Source: Nemertoderma westbladi (Eukaryota; Animalia; Xenacoelomorpha). Taken from it: DNA of 61,655 bases. The stretch spans positions 1 through 61,655 of the forward strand of contig JAUCBJ010006190.1 in NCBI GenBank assembly GCA_032718475.1. The letters are read 5' to 3'. The notes beneath the pieces were generated by a model that did not search any database, was not told the origin of the DNA, and saw nothing but the letters and a program-made list of their open reading frames with translations. The translations under genes were made by a program, and so were the position numbers. This document shows, piece after piece, positions 13,384 through 26,227 of the stretch (the stretch's first letter is position 1; each line of letters opens with the position of its first letter).

Positions 13384-16300
13384 AGCTGCTCTATATCAGT
13401 CCTAGATGGGCTCTCACTGCTGCTGAGGGCGCAGTGTAGCTGCTCTATATCAGTCCTAGATGGGCTCTCACTGCTGCTGAGGGCGCACTGGCGCAGTGTA
13501 GCTGCTCCATATCAGTCCTAGCTGGGCTCTCACTGCTGCTGAGGGCGCAGTGTAGCTGCTCTATATCAGTCCTAGATGGGCTCTCACTGCTGCTGAGGGC
13601 GCAGTGTAGCTGCTCCATATCAGTCCTAGATGGGCTCTCACTGCTGCTGAGGGCGCACTGGCGCAGTGTAGCTGCTCTATATCAGTTCTAGATGGGCTCT
13701 CACTGCTGCTGAGGGCGCAGTGTAGCTGCTCTATATCAGTCCTAGATGGGCTCTCACTGCTGCTGAGGGCGCAGTGTAGCTGCTCTATATCAGTCCTAGC
13801 TGGGCTCTCACTGCTGCTGAGGGCGCAGTGTAGCTGCTCTATATCAGTCCTAGATGGGCTCTCACTGCTGCTGAGGGCGCAGTGTAGCTGCTCTATATCA
13901 GTTCTAGATGGGCTCTCACTGCTGCTGAGGGCGCAGTGTAGCTGCTCTATATCAGTCCTAGATGGGCTCTCACTGCTGCTGAGGGCACTGGCGCAGTGTA
14001 GCTGCTCTATATCAGTCCTAGATGGGCTCTCACTGCTGCTGAGGGCGCAGTGTAGCTGCTCTATATCAGTCCTAGCTGGGCTCTCACTGCTGCTGAGGGC
14101 GCAGTGTAGCTGCTCCATATCAGTCCTAGATGGGCTCTCACTGCTGCTGAGGGCGCACTGGCGCAGTGTAGCTGCTCTATATCAGTCCTAGATGGGCTCT
14201 CACTGCTGCTGAGGGCGCAGTGTAGCTGCTCTATATCAGTTCTAGATGGGCACTCACTGCTGCTGAGGGCGCAGTGTAGCTGCTCTATATCAGTCCTAGC
14301 TGGGCTCTCACTGCTGCTGAGGGCGCAGTGTAGCTGCTCTATATCAGTCCTAGATGGGCTCTCACTGCTGCTGAGGGCGCAGTGTAGCTGCTCTATATCA
14401 GTCCTAGCTGGGCTCTCACTGCTGCTGAGGGCGCAGTGTAGCTGCTCTATATCAGTCCTAGATGGGCTCTCACTGCTGCTGAGGGCGCACTGGCGCAGTG
14501 TAGCTGCTCTATATCAGTCCTAGATGGGCTCTCACTGCTGCTGAGGGCGCAGTGTAGCTGCTCTATATCAGTCCTAGCTGGGCTCTCACTGCTGCTGAGG
14601 GCGCAGTGTAGCTGCTCTATATCAGTCCTAGCTGGGCTCTCACTGCTGCTGAGGCGCACTGCGCAGTGTAGCGGCTCTATATCAGTCCTAGATGGGCACT
14701 CACTGCTGCTGAGGGCGCAGTGTAGCTGCTCTATATCAGTCCTAGCTGGGCTCTCACTGCTGCTGAGGGCGCAGTGTAGCTGCTCTATATCAGTCCTAGC
14801 TGGGCTCTCACTGCTGCTGAGGGCGCAGTGTAGCTGCTCTATATCAGTCCTAGATGGGCTCTCACTGCTGCTGAGGGCGCAGTGTAGCTGCTCTATATCA
14901 GTCCTAGATGGGCTCTCACTGCTGCTGAGGGCGCAGTGTAGCTGCTCTATATCAGTTCTAGATGGGCTCTCACTGCTGCTGAGGGCGCAGTGTAGCTGCT
15001 CCATATCAGTCCTAGATGGGCTCTCACTGCTGCTGAGGGCGCAGTGTAGCTGCTCTATATCAGTCCTAGCTGGGCTCTCACTGCTGCTGAGGGCGCAGTG
15101 TAGCTGCTCTATATCAGTCCTAGATGGGCTCTCACTGCTGCTGAGGGCGCAGTGTAGCTGCTCTATATCAGTTCTAGATGGGCTCTCACTGCTGCTGAGG
15201 GCGCAGTGTAGCTGCTCTATATCAGTTCTAGATGGGCTCTCACTGCTGCTGAGGGCGCAGTGTAGCTGCTCTATATCAGTCCTAGCTGGGCTCTCACTGC
15301 TGCTGAGGGCGCAGTGTAGCTGCTCTATATCAGTCCTAGCTGGGCTCTCACTGCTGCTGAGGGCGCAGTGTAGCTGCTCTATATCAGTCCTAGATGGGCT
15401 CTCACTGCTGCTGAGGGCGCAGTGTAGCTGCTCTATATCAGTCCTAGATGGGCTCTCACTGCTGCTGAGGGCGCAGTGTAGCTGCTCTATATCAGTTCTA
15501 GATGGGCTCTCACTGCTGCTGAGGGCGCAGTGTAGCTGCTCCATATCAGTCCTAGATGGGCTCTCACTGCTGCTGAGGGCGCAGGGTAGCTGCTCTATAT
15601 CAGTCCTAGCTGGGCTCTCACTGCTGCTGAGGGCGCAGTGTAGCTGCTCTATATCAGTCCTAGATGGGCTCTCACTGCTGCTGAGGCACTGGCGCAGTGT
15701 AGCTGCTCTATATCAGTTCTAGATGGGCTCTCACTGCTGCTGAGGGCGCAGTGTAGCTGCTCTATATCAGTCCTAGATGGGCTCTCACTGCTGCTGAGGG
15801 CGCAGTGTAGCGGCTCTATATCAGTCCTAGATGGGCTCTCACTGCTGCTGAGGGCGCAGTGTAGCTGCTCTATATCAGTCCTAGATGGGCTCTCACTGCT
15901 GCTGAGGGCGCACTGGCGCAGTGTAGCTGCTCTATATCAGTCCTAGATGGGCTCTCACTGCTGCTGAGGGCGCAGTGTAGCTGCTCTATATCAGTCCTAG
16001 ATGGGCTCTCACTGCTGCTGAGGGCGCACTGGCGCAGTGTAGCTGCTCCATATCAGTCCTAGCTGGGCTCTCACTGCTGCTGAGGGCGCAGTGTAGCTGC
16101 TCTATATCAGTCCTAGATGGGCTCTCACTGCTGCTGAGGGCGCAGTGTAGCTGCTCTATATCAGTCCTAGATGGGCTCTCACTGCTGCTGAGGGCGCAGT
16201 GTAGCTGCTCTATATCAGTCCTAGATGGGCTCTCACTGCTGCTGAGGGCGCAGTGTAGCTGCTCTATATCAGTCCTAGCTGGGCTCTCACTGCTGCTGAG

Positions 16301-19300
16301 GGCGCAGTGTAGCTGCTCTATATCAGTCCTAGATGGGCTCTCACTGCTGCTGAGGGCGCACTGGCGCAGTGTAGCTGCTCTATATCAGTCCTAGATGGGC
16401 TCTCACTGCTGCTGAGGGCGCAGTGTAGCTGCTCTATATCAGTCCTAGCTGGGCTCTCACTGCTGCTGAGGGCGCAGTGTAGCTGCTCTATATCAGTCCT
16501 AGATGGGCTCTCACTGCTGCTGAGGGCGCAGTGTAGCTGCTCTATATCAGTCCTAGATGGGCTCTCACTGCTGCTGAGGGCGCAGTGTAGCTGCTCTATA
16601 TCAGTCCTAGATGGGCTCTCACTGCTGCTGAGGGCGCAGTGTAGCTGCTCTATATCAGTCCTAGATGGGCTCTCACTGCTGCTGAGGGCGCAGTGTAGCG
16701 GCTCTATATCAGTCCTAGCTGGGCTCTCACTGCTGCTGAGGGCGCAGTGTAGCTGCTCTATATCAGTCCTAGATGGGCTCTCACTGCTGCTGAGGGCGCA
16801 GTGTAGCTGCTCTATATCAGTCCTAGATGGGCTCTCACTGCTGCTGAGGGCGCAGTGTAGCTGCTCTATATCAGTCCTAGCTGGGCTCTCACTGCTGCTG
16901 AGGGCGCAGTGTAGCTGCTCTATATCAGTCCTAGCTGGGCTCTCACTGCTGCTGAGGGCGCAGTGTAGCTGCTCTATATCAGTCCTAGCTGGGCTCTCAC
17001 TGCTGCTGAGGGCGCAGTGTAGCTGCTCTATATCAGTCCTAGCTGGGCTCTCACTGCTGCTGAGGGCGCAGTGTAGCTGCTCTATATCAGTCCTAGATGG
17101 GCTCTCACTGCTGCTGAGGGCGCAGTGTAGCTGCTCTATATCAGTCCTAGCTGGGCTCTCACTGCTGCTGAGGGCGCACTGGCGCAGTGTAGCTGCTCTA
17201 TATCAGTCCTAGATGGGCTCTCACTGCTGCTGAGGGCGCAGTGTAGCTGCTCTATATCAGTCCTAGCTGGGCACTCACTGCTGCTGAGGGCGCAGTGTAG
17301 CTGCTCTATATCAGTCCTAGATGGGCTCTCACTGCTGCTGAGGGCGCAGTGTAGCGGCTCTATATCAGTTCTAGATGGGCTCTCACTGCTGCTGAGGGCG
17401 CAGTGTAGCTGCTCTATATCAGTCCTAGATGGGCTCTCACTGCTGCTGAGGGCGCAGTGTAGCGGCTCTATATCAGTTCTAGATGGGCTCTCACTGCTGC
17501 TGAGGGCGCAGTGTAGCTGCTCTATATCAGTTCTAGATGGGCTCTCACTGCTGCTGAGGGCGCACTGGCGCAGTGTAGCTGCTCCATATCAGTCCTAGAT
17601 GGGCTCTCACTGCTGCTGAGGGCGCAGTGTAGCTGCTCTATATCAGTCCTAGCTGGGCTCTCACTGCTGCTGAGGGCGCAGTGTAGCTGCTCTATATCAG
17701 TCCTAGCTGGGCTCTCACTGCTGCTGAGGGCGCACTGGCGCAGTGTAGCTGCTCTATATCAGTTCTAGATGGGCTCTCACTGCTGCTGAGGGCGCACTGG
17801 CGCAGTGTAGCTGCTCTATATCAGTCCTAGATGGGCTCTCACTGCTGCTGAGGGCGCAGTGTAGCGGCTCTATATCAGTCCTAGCTGGGCTCTCACTGCT
17901 GCTGAGGGCGCAGTGTAGCTGCTCTATATCAGTCCTAGATGGGCTCTCACTGCTGCTGAGGGCGCAGTGTAGCGGCTCTATATCAGTCCTAGCTGGGCTC
18001 TCACTGCTGCTGAGGGCGCAGTGTAGCTGCTCTATATCAGTCCTAGATGGGCTCTCACTGCTGCTGAGGGCGCAGTGTAGCTGCTCTATATCAGTCCTAG
18101 CTGGGCTCTCACTGCTGCTGAGGGCGCAGTGTAGCGGCTCTATATCAGTCCTAGCTGGGCTCTCACTGCTGCTGAGGGCGCAGTGTAGCTGCTCTATATC
18201 AGTCCTAGATGGGCTCTCACTGCTGCTGAGGGCGCAGTGTAGCTGCTCTATATCAGTCCTAGCTGGGCTCTCACTGCTGCTGAGGGCGCAGTGTAGCTGC
18301 TCTATATCAGTCCTAGCTGGGCTCTCACTGCTGCTGAGGGCGCAGTGTAGCTGCTCTATATCAGTCCTAGATGGGCTCTCACTGCTGCTGAGGGCGCAGT
18401 GTAGCTGCTCTATATCAGTCCTAGATGGGCTCTCACTGCTGCTGAGGGCGCAGTGTAGCTGCTCTATATCAGTCCTAGATGGGCTCTCACTGCTGCTGAG
18501 GGCGCAGTGTAGCTGCTCTATATCAGTCCTAGATGGGCTCTCACTGCTGCTGAGGGCGCACTGGCGCAGTGTAGCTGCTCCATATCAGTCCTAGCTGGGC
18601 ACTCACTGCTGCTGAGGGCGCAGTGTAGCTGCTCTATATCAGTTCTAGATGGGCTCTCACTGCTGCTGAGGGCGCAGTGTAGCTTCTCTATATCAGTCCT
18701 AGATGGGCTCTCACTGCTGCTGAGGGCGCAGTGTAGCTGCTCTATATCAGTCCTAGCTGGGCTCTCACTGCTGCTGAGGGCGCAGTGTAGCGGCTCTATA
18801 TCAGTCCTAGCTGGGCTCTCACTGCTGCTGAGGGCGCAGTGTAGCTGCTCTATATCAGTCCTAGATGGGCTCTCACTGCTGCTGAGGGCGCACTGGCGCA
18901 GTGTAGCTGCTCCATATCAGTCCTAGCTGGGCACTCACTGCTGCTGAGGGCGCAGTGTAGCTGCTCTATATCAGTTCTAGATGGGCTCTCACTGCTGCTG
19001 AGGGCGCAGTGTAGCTGCTCTATATCAGTCCTAGATGGGCTCTCACTGCTGCTGAGGGCGCAGTGTAGCTGCTCTATATCAGTCCTAGCTGGGCTCTCAC
19101 TGCTGCTGAGGGCGCAGTGTAGCGGCTCTATATCAGTCCTAGCTGGGCTCTCACTGCTGCTGAGGGCGCAGTGTAGCTGCTCTATATCAGTCCTAGATGG
19201 GCTCTCACTGCTGCTGAGGGCGCACTGGCGCAGTGTAGCTGCTCCATATCAGTCCTAGCTGGGCTCTCACTGCTGCTGAGGGCGCAGTGTAGCTGCTCTA

Positions 19301-22300
19301 TATCAGTTCTAGATGGGCTCTCACTGCTGCTGAGGGCGCAGTGTAGCTTCTCTATATCAGTCCTAGATGGGCTCTCACTGCTGCTGAGGGCGCAGTGTAG
19401 CTGCTCTATATCAGTCCTAGCTGGGCTCTCACTGCTGCTGAGGGCGCAGTGTAGCGGCTCTATATCAGTCCTAGCTGGGCTCTCACTGCTGCTGAGGGCG
19501 CAGTGTAGCGGCTCTATATCAGTCCTAGCTGGGCTCTCACTGCTGCTGAGGGCGCAGGTGTAGCGGCTCTATATCAGTCCTAGCTGGGCTCTCACTGCTG
19601 CTGAGGGCGCAGTGTAGCTGCTCTATATCAGTCCTAGATGGGCTCTCACTGCTGCTGAGGGCGCAGTGTAACTGCTCTATATCAGTCCTAGCTGGGCTCT
19701 CACTGCTGCTGAGGGCGCAGTGTAGCTGCTCTATATCAGTCCTAGCTGGGCTCTCACTGCTGCTGAGGGCGCAGTGTAGCTGCTCTATATCAGTCCTAGA
19801 TGGGCTCTCACTGCTGCTGAGGGCGCAGTGTAGCTGCTCTATATCAGTCCTAGATGGGCTCTCACTGCTGCTGAGGGCGCAGTGTAGCTGCTCTATATCA
19901 GTCCTAGATGGGCTCTCACTGCTGCTGAGGGCGCAGTGTAGCTGCTCTATATCAGTCCTAGATGGGCTCTCACTGCTGCTGAGGGCGCACTGGCGCAGTG
20001 TAGCTGCTCCATATCAGTCCTAACTGGGCACTCACTGCTGCTGAGGGCGCAGTGTAGCTGCTCTATATCAGTTCTAGATGGGCTCTCACTGCTGCTGAGG
20101 GCGCAGTGTAGCTTCTCTATATCAGTCCTAGATGGGCTCTCACTGCTGCTGAGGGCGCAGTGTAGCTGCTCTATATCAGTCCTAGATGGGCTCTCACTGC
20201 TGCTGAGGGCGCAGTGTAGCTGCTCTATATCAGTCCTAGATGGGCTCTCACTGCTGCTGAGGGCGCAGTGTAGCTGCTCTATATCAGTCCTAGATGGGCT
20301 CTCACTGCTGCTGAGGGCGCAGTGTAGCTGCTCTATATCAGTCCTAGATGGGCTCTCACTGCTGCTGAGGGCGCAGTGTAGCTGCTCTATATCAGTCCTA
20401 GATGGGCTCTCACTGCTGCTGAGGGCGCAGTGTAGCTGCTCTATATCAGTCCTAGATGGGCTCTCACTGCTGCTGAGGGCGCAGTGTAGCTGCTCTATAT
20501 CAGTCCTAGATGGGCTCTCACTGCTGCTGAGGGCGCAGTGTAGCTGCTCTATATCAGTCCTAGATGGGCTCTCACTGCTGCTGAGGGCGCAGTGTAGCTG
20601 CTCTATATCAGTTCTAGCTGGGCTCTCACTGCTGCTGAGGGCGCAGTGTAGCTGCTCTATATCAGTCCTAGATGGGCTCTCACTGCTGCTGAGGGCGCAG
20701 TGTAGCTGCTCTATATCAGTCCTAGCTGGGCTCTCACTGCTGCTGAGGGCGCAGTGTAGCTGCTCTATATCAGCCCTAGATGGGCTCTCACTGCTGCTGA
20801 GGGCGCACTGGCGCAGTGTAGCTGCTCTATATCAGTCCTAGCTGGGCTCTCACTGCTGCTGAGGGCGCAGTGTAGCTGCTCTATATCAGCCCTAGATGGG
20901 CTCTCACTGCTGCTGAGGCGCACTGGCGCAGTGTAGCTGCTCTATATCAGTCCTAGATGGGCTCTCACTGCTGCTGAGGGCGCAGTGTAGCTGCTCTATA
21001 TCAGTCCTAGATGGGCTCTCACTGCTGCTGAGGGCGCAGTGTAGCTGCTATATATCAGTCCTAGATGGGCTCTCACTGCTGCTGAGGGCGCAGTGTAGCT
21101 GCTCTATATCAGTTCTAGCTGGGCTCTCACTGCTGCTGAGGGCGCAGTGTAGCTGCTCTATATCAGTCCTAGATGGGCTCTCACTGCTGCTGAGGGCGCA
21201 GTGTAGCTGCTATATATCAGTCCTAGATGGGCTCTCACTGCTGCTGAGGGCGCAGTGTAGCTGCTCTATATCAGTTCTAGATGGGCTCTCACTGCTGCTG
21301 AGGGCGCAGTGTAGCTGCTCTATATCAGTCCTAGCTGGGCACTCACTGCTGCTGAGGGCGCAGTGTAGCTGCTCTATATCAGCCCTAGATGGGCTCTCAC
21401 TGCTGCTGAGGGCGCAGTGTAGCTGCTCTATATCAGTCCTAGCTGGGCTCTCACTGCTGCTGAGGGCGCAGTGTAGCTGCTCTATATCAGTTCTAGCTGG
21501 GCTCTCACTGCTGCTGAGGGCGCAGTGTAGCTGCTCTATATCAGTCCTAGATGGGCTCTCACTGCTGCTGAGGGCGCAGTGTAGCTGCTCTATATCAGTC
21601 CTAGCTGGGCTCTCACTGCTGCTGAGGGCGCAGTGTAGCTGCTCTATATCAGTCCTAGATGGGCTCTCACTGCTGCTGAGGGCGCAGTGTAGCTGCTCTA
21701 TATCAGTCCTAGATGGGCTCTCACTGCTGCTGAGGGCGCAGTGTAGCTGCTCTATATCAGTTCTAGATGGGCTCTCACTGCTGCTGAGGGCGCAGTGTAG
21801 CTGCTCTATATCAGTCCTAGCTGGGCACTCACTGCTGCTGAGGGCGCAGTCTAGCTGCTCTATATCAGCCCTAGATGGGCTCTCACTGCTGCTGAGGGCG
21901 CAGTGTAGCTGCTCTATATCAGTCCTAGCTGGGCTCTCACTGCTGCTGAGGGCGCAGTGTAGCTGCTCTATATCAGTCCTAGCTGGGCTCTCACTGCTGC
22001 TGAGGGCGCAGTGTAGCTGCTCTATATCAGTCCTAGCTGGGCACTCACTGCTGCTGAGGGCGCAGTGTAGCTGCTCTATATCAGCCCTAGATGGGCTCTC
22101 ACTGCTGCTGAGGGCGCAGTGTAGCTGCTCTATATCAGTCCTAGCTGGGCTCTCACTGCTGCTGAGGGCGCAGTGTAGCTGCTCTATATCAATCCTAGAT
22201 GGGCTCTCACTGCTGCTGAGGGCGCAGTGTAGCTGCTCTATATCAGTCCTAGATGGGCTCTCACTGCTGCTGAGGGCGCACTGGCGCAGTGTAGCGGCTC

Positions 22301-25300
22301 TATATCAGTCCTAGATGGGCTCTCACTGCTGCTGAGGGCGCAGTGTAGCTGCTCTATATCAGTTCTAGATGGGCTCTCACTGCTGCTGAGGGCGCAGTGT
22401 AGCTGCTCTATATCAGTCCTAGATGGGCTCTCACTGCTGCTGAGGGCGCAGTGTAGCTGCTCTATATCAGCCCTAGATGGGCTCTCACTGCTGCTGAGGG
22501 CGCAGTGTAGCTGCTCTATATCAGTCCTAGCTGGGCTCTCACTGCTGCTGAGGGCGCAGTGTAGCGGCTCTATATCAGTTCTAGATGGGCTCTCACTGCT
22601 GCTGAGGGCGCAGTGTAGCTGCTCTATATCAGTTCTAGATGGGCTCTCACTGCTGCTGAGGGCGCAGTGTAGCTGCTCTATATCAGCCCTAGATGGGCTC
22701 TCACTGCTGCTGAGGGCGCAGTGTAGCTGCTCTATATCAGTTCTAGATGGGCTCTCACTGCTGCTGAGGGCGCAGTGTAGCTGCTCCATATCAGTCCTAG
22801 ATGGGCTCTCACTGCTGCTGAGGGCGCAGTGAAGCGGCTCTATATCAGTCCTAGCTGGGCTCTCACTGCTGCTGAGGGCGCACTGGCGCAGTGTAGCTGC
22901 TCTATATCAGTTCTAGCTGGGCACTCACTGCTGCTGAGGGCGCAGTGTAGCTGCTCTATATCAGTCCTAGATGGGCTCTCACTGCTGCTGAGGGCGCAGT
23001 GTAGCTGCTCTATATCAGCCCTAGATGGGCTCTCACTGCTGCTGAGGGCGCAGTGTAGCTGCTCTATATCAGTTCTAGATGGGCTCTCACTGCTGCTGAG
23101 GGCGCAGTGTAGCTGCTCTATATCAGTCCTAGATGGGCTCTCACTGCTGCTGAGGGCGCAGTGTAGCTGCTCCATATCAGTCCTAGCTGGGCTCTCACTG
23201 CTGCTGAGGGCGCAGTGTAGCGGCTCTATATCAGTCCTAGATGGGCTCTCACTGCTGCTGAGGGCGCAGTGTAGCGGCTCTATATCAGCCCTAGATGGGC
23301 TCTCACTGCTGCTGAGGGCGCAGTGTAGCTGCTCCATATCAGCCCTAGATGGGCTCTCACTGCTGCTGAGGGCGCAGTGTAGCTGCTCTATATCAGTCCT
23401 AGCTGGGCTCTCACTGCTGCTGAGGGCGCAGTGTAGCTGCTCTATATCAGTCCTAGCTGGGCTCTCACTGCTGCTGAGGGCGCAGTGTAGCTGCTCTATA
23501 TCAGTCCTAGATGGGCTCTCACTGCTGCTGAGGGCGCAGTGTAGCTGCTCTATATCAGTCCTAGATGGGCTCTCACTGCTGCTGAGGGCGCAGTGTAGCT
23601 GCTCTATATCAGTCCTAGCTGGGCTCTCACTGCTGCTGAGGGCGCACTGGCGCAGTGTAGCTGCTCCATATCAGTCCTAGCTGGGCTCTCACTGCTGCTG
23701 AGGGCGCAGTGTAGCTGCTCTATATCAGTTCTAGATGGGCTCTCACTGCTGCTGAGGGCGCAGTGTAGCTGCTCTATATCAGTCCTAGATGGGCTCTCAC
23801 TGCTGCTGAGGGCGCAGTGTAGCTGCTCTATATCAGTCCTAGATGGGCTCTCACTGCTGCTGAGGGCGCAGGGTAACTGCTCTATATCAGTTCTAGCTGG
23901 GCTCTCACTGCTGCTGAGGGCGCAGTGTAACTGCTCTATATCAGTTCTAGATGGGCTCTCACTGCTGCTGAGGGCGCAGTGTAGCTGCTCTATATCAGTC
24001 CTAGATGGGCTCTCACTGCTGCTGAGGGCGCAGTGTAACTGCTCTATATCAGTTCTAGATGGGCTCTCACTGCTGCTGAGGGCGCAGTGTAGCTGCTCTA
24101 TATCAGTCCTAGATGGGCTCTCACTGCTGTTGAGGGCGCAGTGTAGCTGCTCTATATCAGTTCTAGCTGGGCTCTCACTGCTGCTGAGGGCGCAGTGTAG
24201 CTGCTCTATATCAGTTCTAGATGGGCTCTCACTGCTGCTGAGGGCGCAGTGTAGCTGCTCTATATCAGTCCTAGCTGGGCTCTCACTGCTGCTGAGGGCG
24301 CAGTGTAGCGGCTCTATATCAGTCCTAGCTGGGCTCTCACTGCTGCTGAGGGCGCAGTGTAGCTGCTCTATATCAGTCCTAGATGGGCTCTCACTGCTGC
24401 TGAGGGCGCAGTGTAGCTGCTCTATATCAGTCCTAGCTGGGCTCTCACTGCTGCTGAGGGCGCAGTGTAGCGGCTCTATATCAGTCCTAGCTGGGCACTC
24501 ACTGCTGCTGAGGGCGCAGTGTAGCTGCTCTATATCAGTCCTAGCTGGGCACTCACTGCTGCTGAGGGCGCACTGGCGCAGTGTAGCTGCTCTATATCAG
24601 TCCTAGCTGGGCACTCACTGCTGCTGAGGGCGCAGTGTAGCTGCTCTATATCAGTCCTAGCTGGGCACTCACTGCTGCTGAGGGCGCACTGGCGCAGTGT
24701 AGCTGCTCTATATCAGTCCTAGATGGGCTCTCACTGCTGCTGAGGGCGCAGTGTAGCTGCTCTATATCAGTCCTAGCTGGGCTCTCACTGCTGCTGAGGG
24801 CGCAGTGTAGCTGCTCTATATCAGTCCTAGCTGGGCTCTCACTGCTGCTGAGGGCGCAGTGTAGCTGCTCTATATCAGTCCTAGCTGGGCTCTCACTGCT
24901 GCTGAGGGCGCAGTGTAGCTGCTCTATATCAGTCCTAGCTGGGCACTCACTGCTGCTGAGGGCGCAGTGTAGCTGCTCTATATCAGTCCTAGCTGGGCTC
25001 TCACTGCTGCTGAGGGCGCAGTGTAGCTTCTCTATATCAGTCCTAGCTGGGCACTCACTGCTGCTGAGGGCGCACTGGCGCAGTGTAGCTGCTCTATATC
25101 AGTCCTAGCTGGGCACTCACTGCTGCTGAGGGCGCAGTGTAGCTGCTCTATATCAGTCCTAGCTGGGCACTCACTGCTGCTGAGGGCGCACTGGCGCAGT
25201 GTAGCTGCTCTATATCAGTCCTAGATGGGCTCTCACTGCTGCTGAGGGCGCAGTGTAGCTGCTCTATATCAGTCCTAGCTGGGCTCTCACTGCTGCTGAG

Positions 25301-25527
25301 GGCGCAGTGTAGCTGCTCTATATCAGTCCTAGCTGGGCTCTCACTGCTGCTGAGGGCGCAGTGTAGCTGCTCTATATCAGTCCTAGCTGGGCTCTCACTG
25401 CTGCTGAGGGCGCAGTGTAGCTGCTCTATATCAGTCCTAGCTGGGCACTCACTGCTGCTGAGGGCGCAGTGTAGCTGCTCTATATCAGTCCTAGCTGGGC
25501 TCTCACTGCTGCTGAGGGCGCAGTGTA
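13384..25527. repeat. 54-bp GC-rich minisatellite array with a 62-bp variant
   Basis: Unit GCTGCTCTATATCAGTCCTAGATGGGCTCTCACTGCTGCTGAGGGCGCAGTGTA, roughly 220 copies. A recurrent +8 bp variant adds CTGGCGCA. Confidence 0.98.
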
Positions 25528-26227
25528 CAACTCATATATGCAATCTGTCTACAATTACATTAGGGAACAACTAGTCCGCATTGACAGTGCTTAAATTAAG
25601 CACAAACTTGTATTTTGGTCATCCCCGGGATTGGAACAGATGTGGTGGTCACCCAATAACATCGGCGAAGGTTGAAGGTGTCTGACTCACTGACAGAGTC
25701 GTTTGGAGTGACTTCGTGCCGGGGTCTGCCAGGATCGCGCCATAATACACGCCAATCAAGTCATGTCACAGGTTCACATGAGATTTGTATTTAACACTAC
25801 AAAAAAAGGCTGAGCAAAAGGAAGTTTAAAGAACCTAGGGTGATAATTTGTGTTGTGCGTAGGTGAATAATGTACACTTTATACACTTTAGTTGTTATTT
25901 ACTGCCTTCGTATTTACCTGGGGGACGCTATCCTCCGAGTGTCAGTGTATTCTAACCAAGAGCATTTCCATGTCCCTGAAAGTTTGCGAATTAATTACCA
26001 CCAAATTGTATGCGGCACTGGCTTTTCCACTTGCCTCGACAGGGGGTTAGCCTACCAAATTAATTCCAAATTACGCTGCCGTTTCAGACGAGGCGTGAAT
26101 AACGGAGCGATCTCGCTGATGGAATTTGAATCTCCGTAGGGAGCCCCCGTCGCGGTTCGCGTACAACGGGTTCACTCGCTCGAGTGGTTGCATTAGCGGT
26201 TTACAGAACGGGAAAATAGCCGTGTGT

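Noticed and set aside
13561-24606. 18-aa repeat ORFs (DIEQLHCALSSSESPSRT)
   Set aside because: The 54-bp unit is in frame, but recurrent +8 bp variants break the frame. There are no splice signals or unique coding flanks.
25919-25976. Possible 58-nt minus-strand exon (tttcAG...GTAAAT)
   Set aside because: Two frames contain stops. The third (TWKCSWLEYTDTRRIASP) has no resemblance to neurexin EGF3 or LamG6, and the length would shift the frame.
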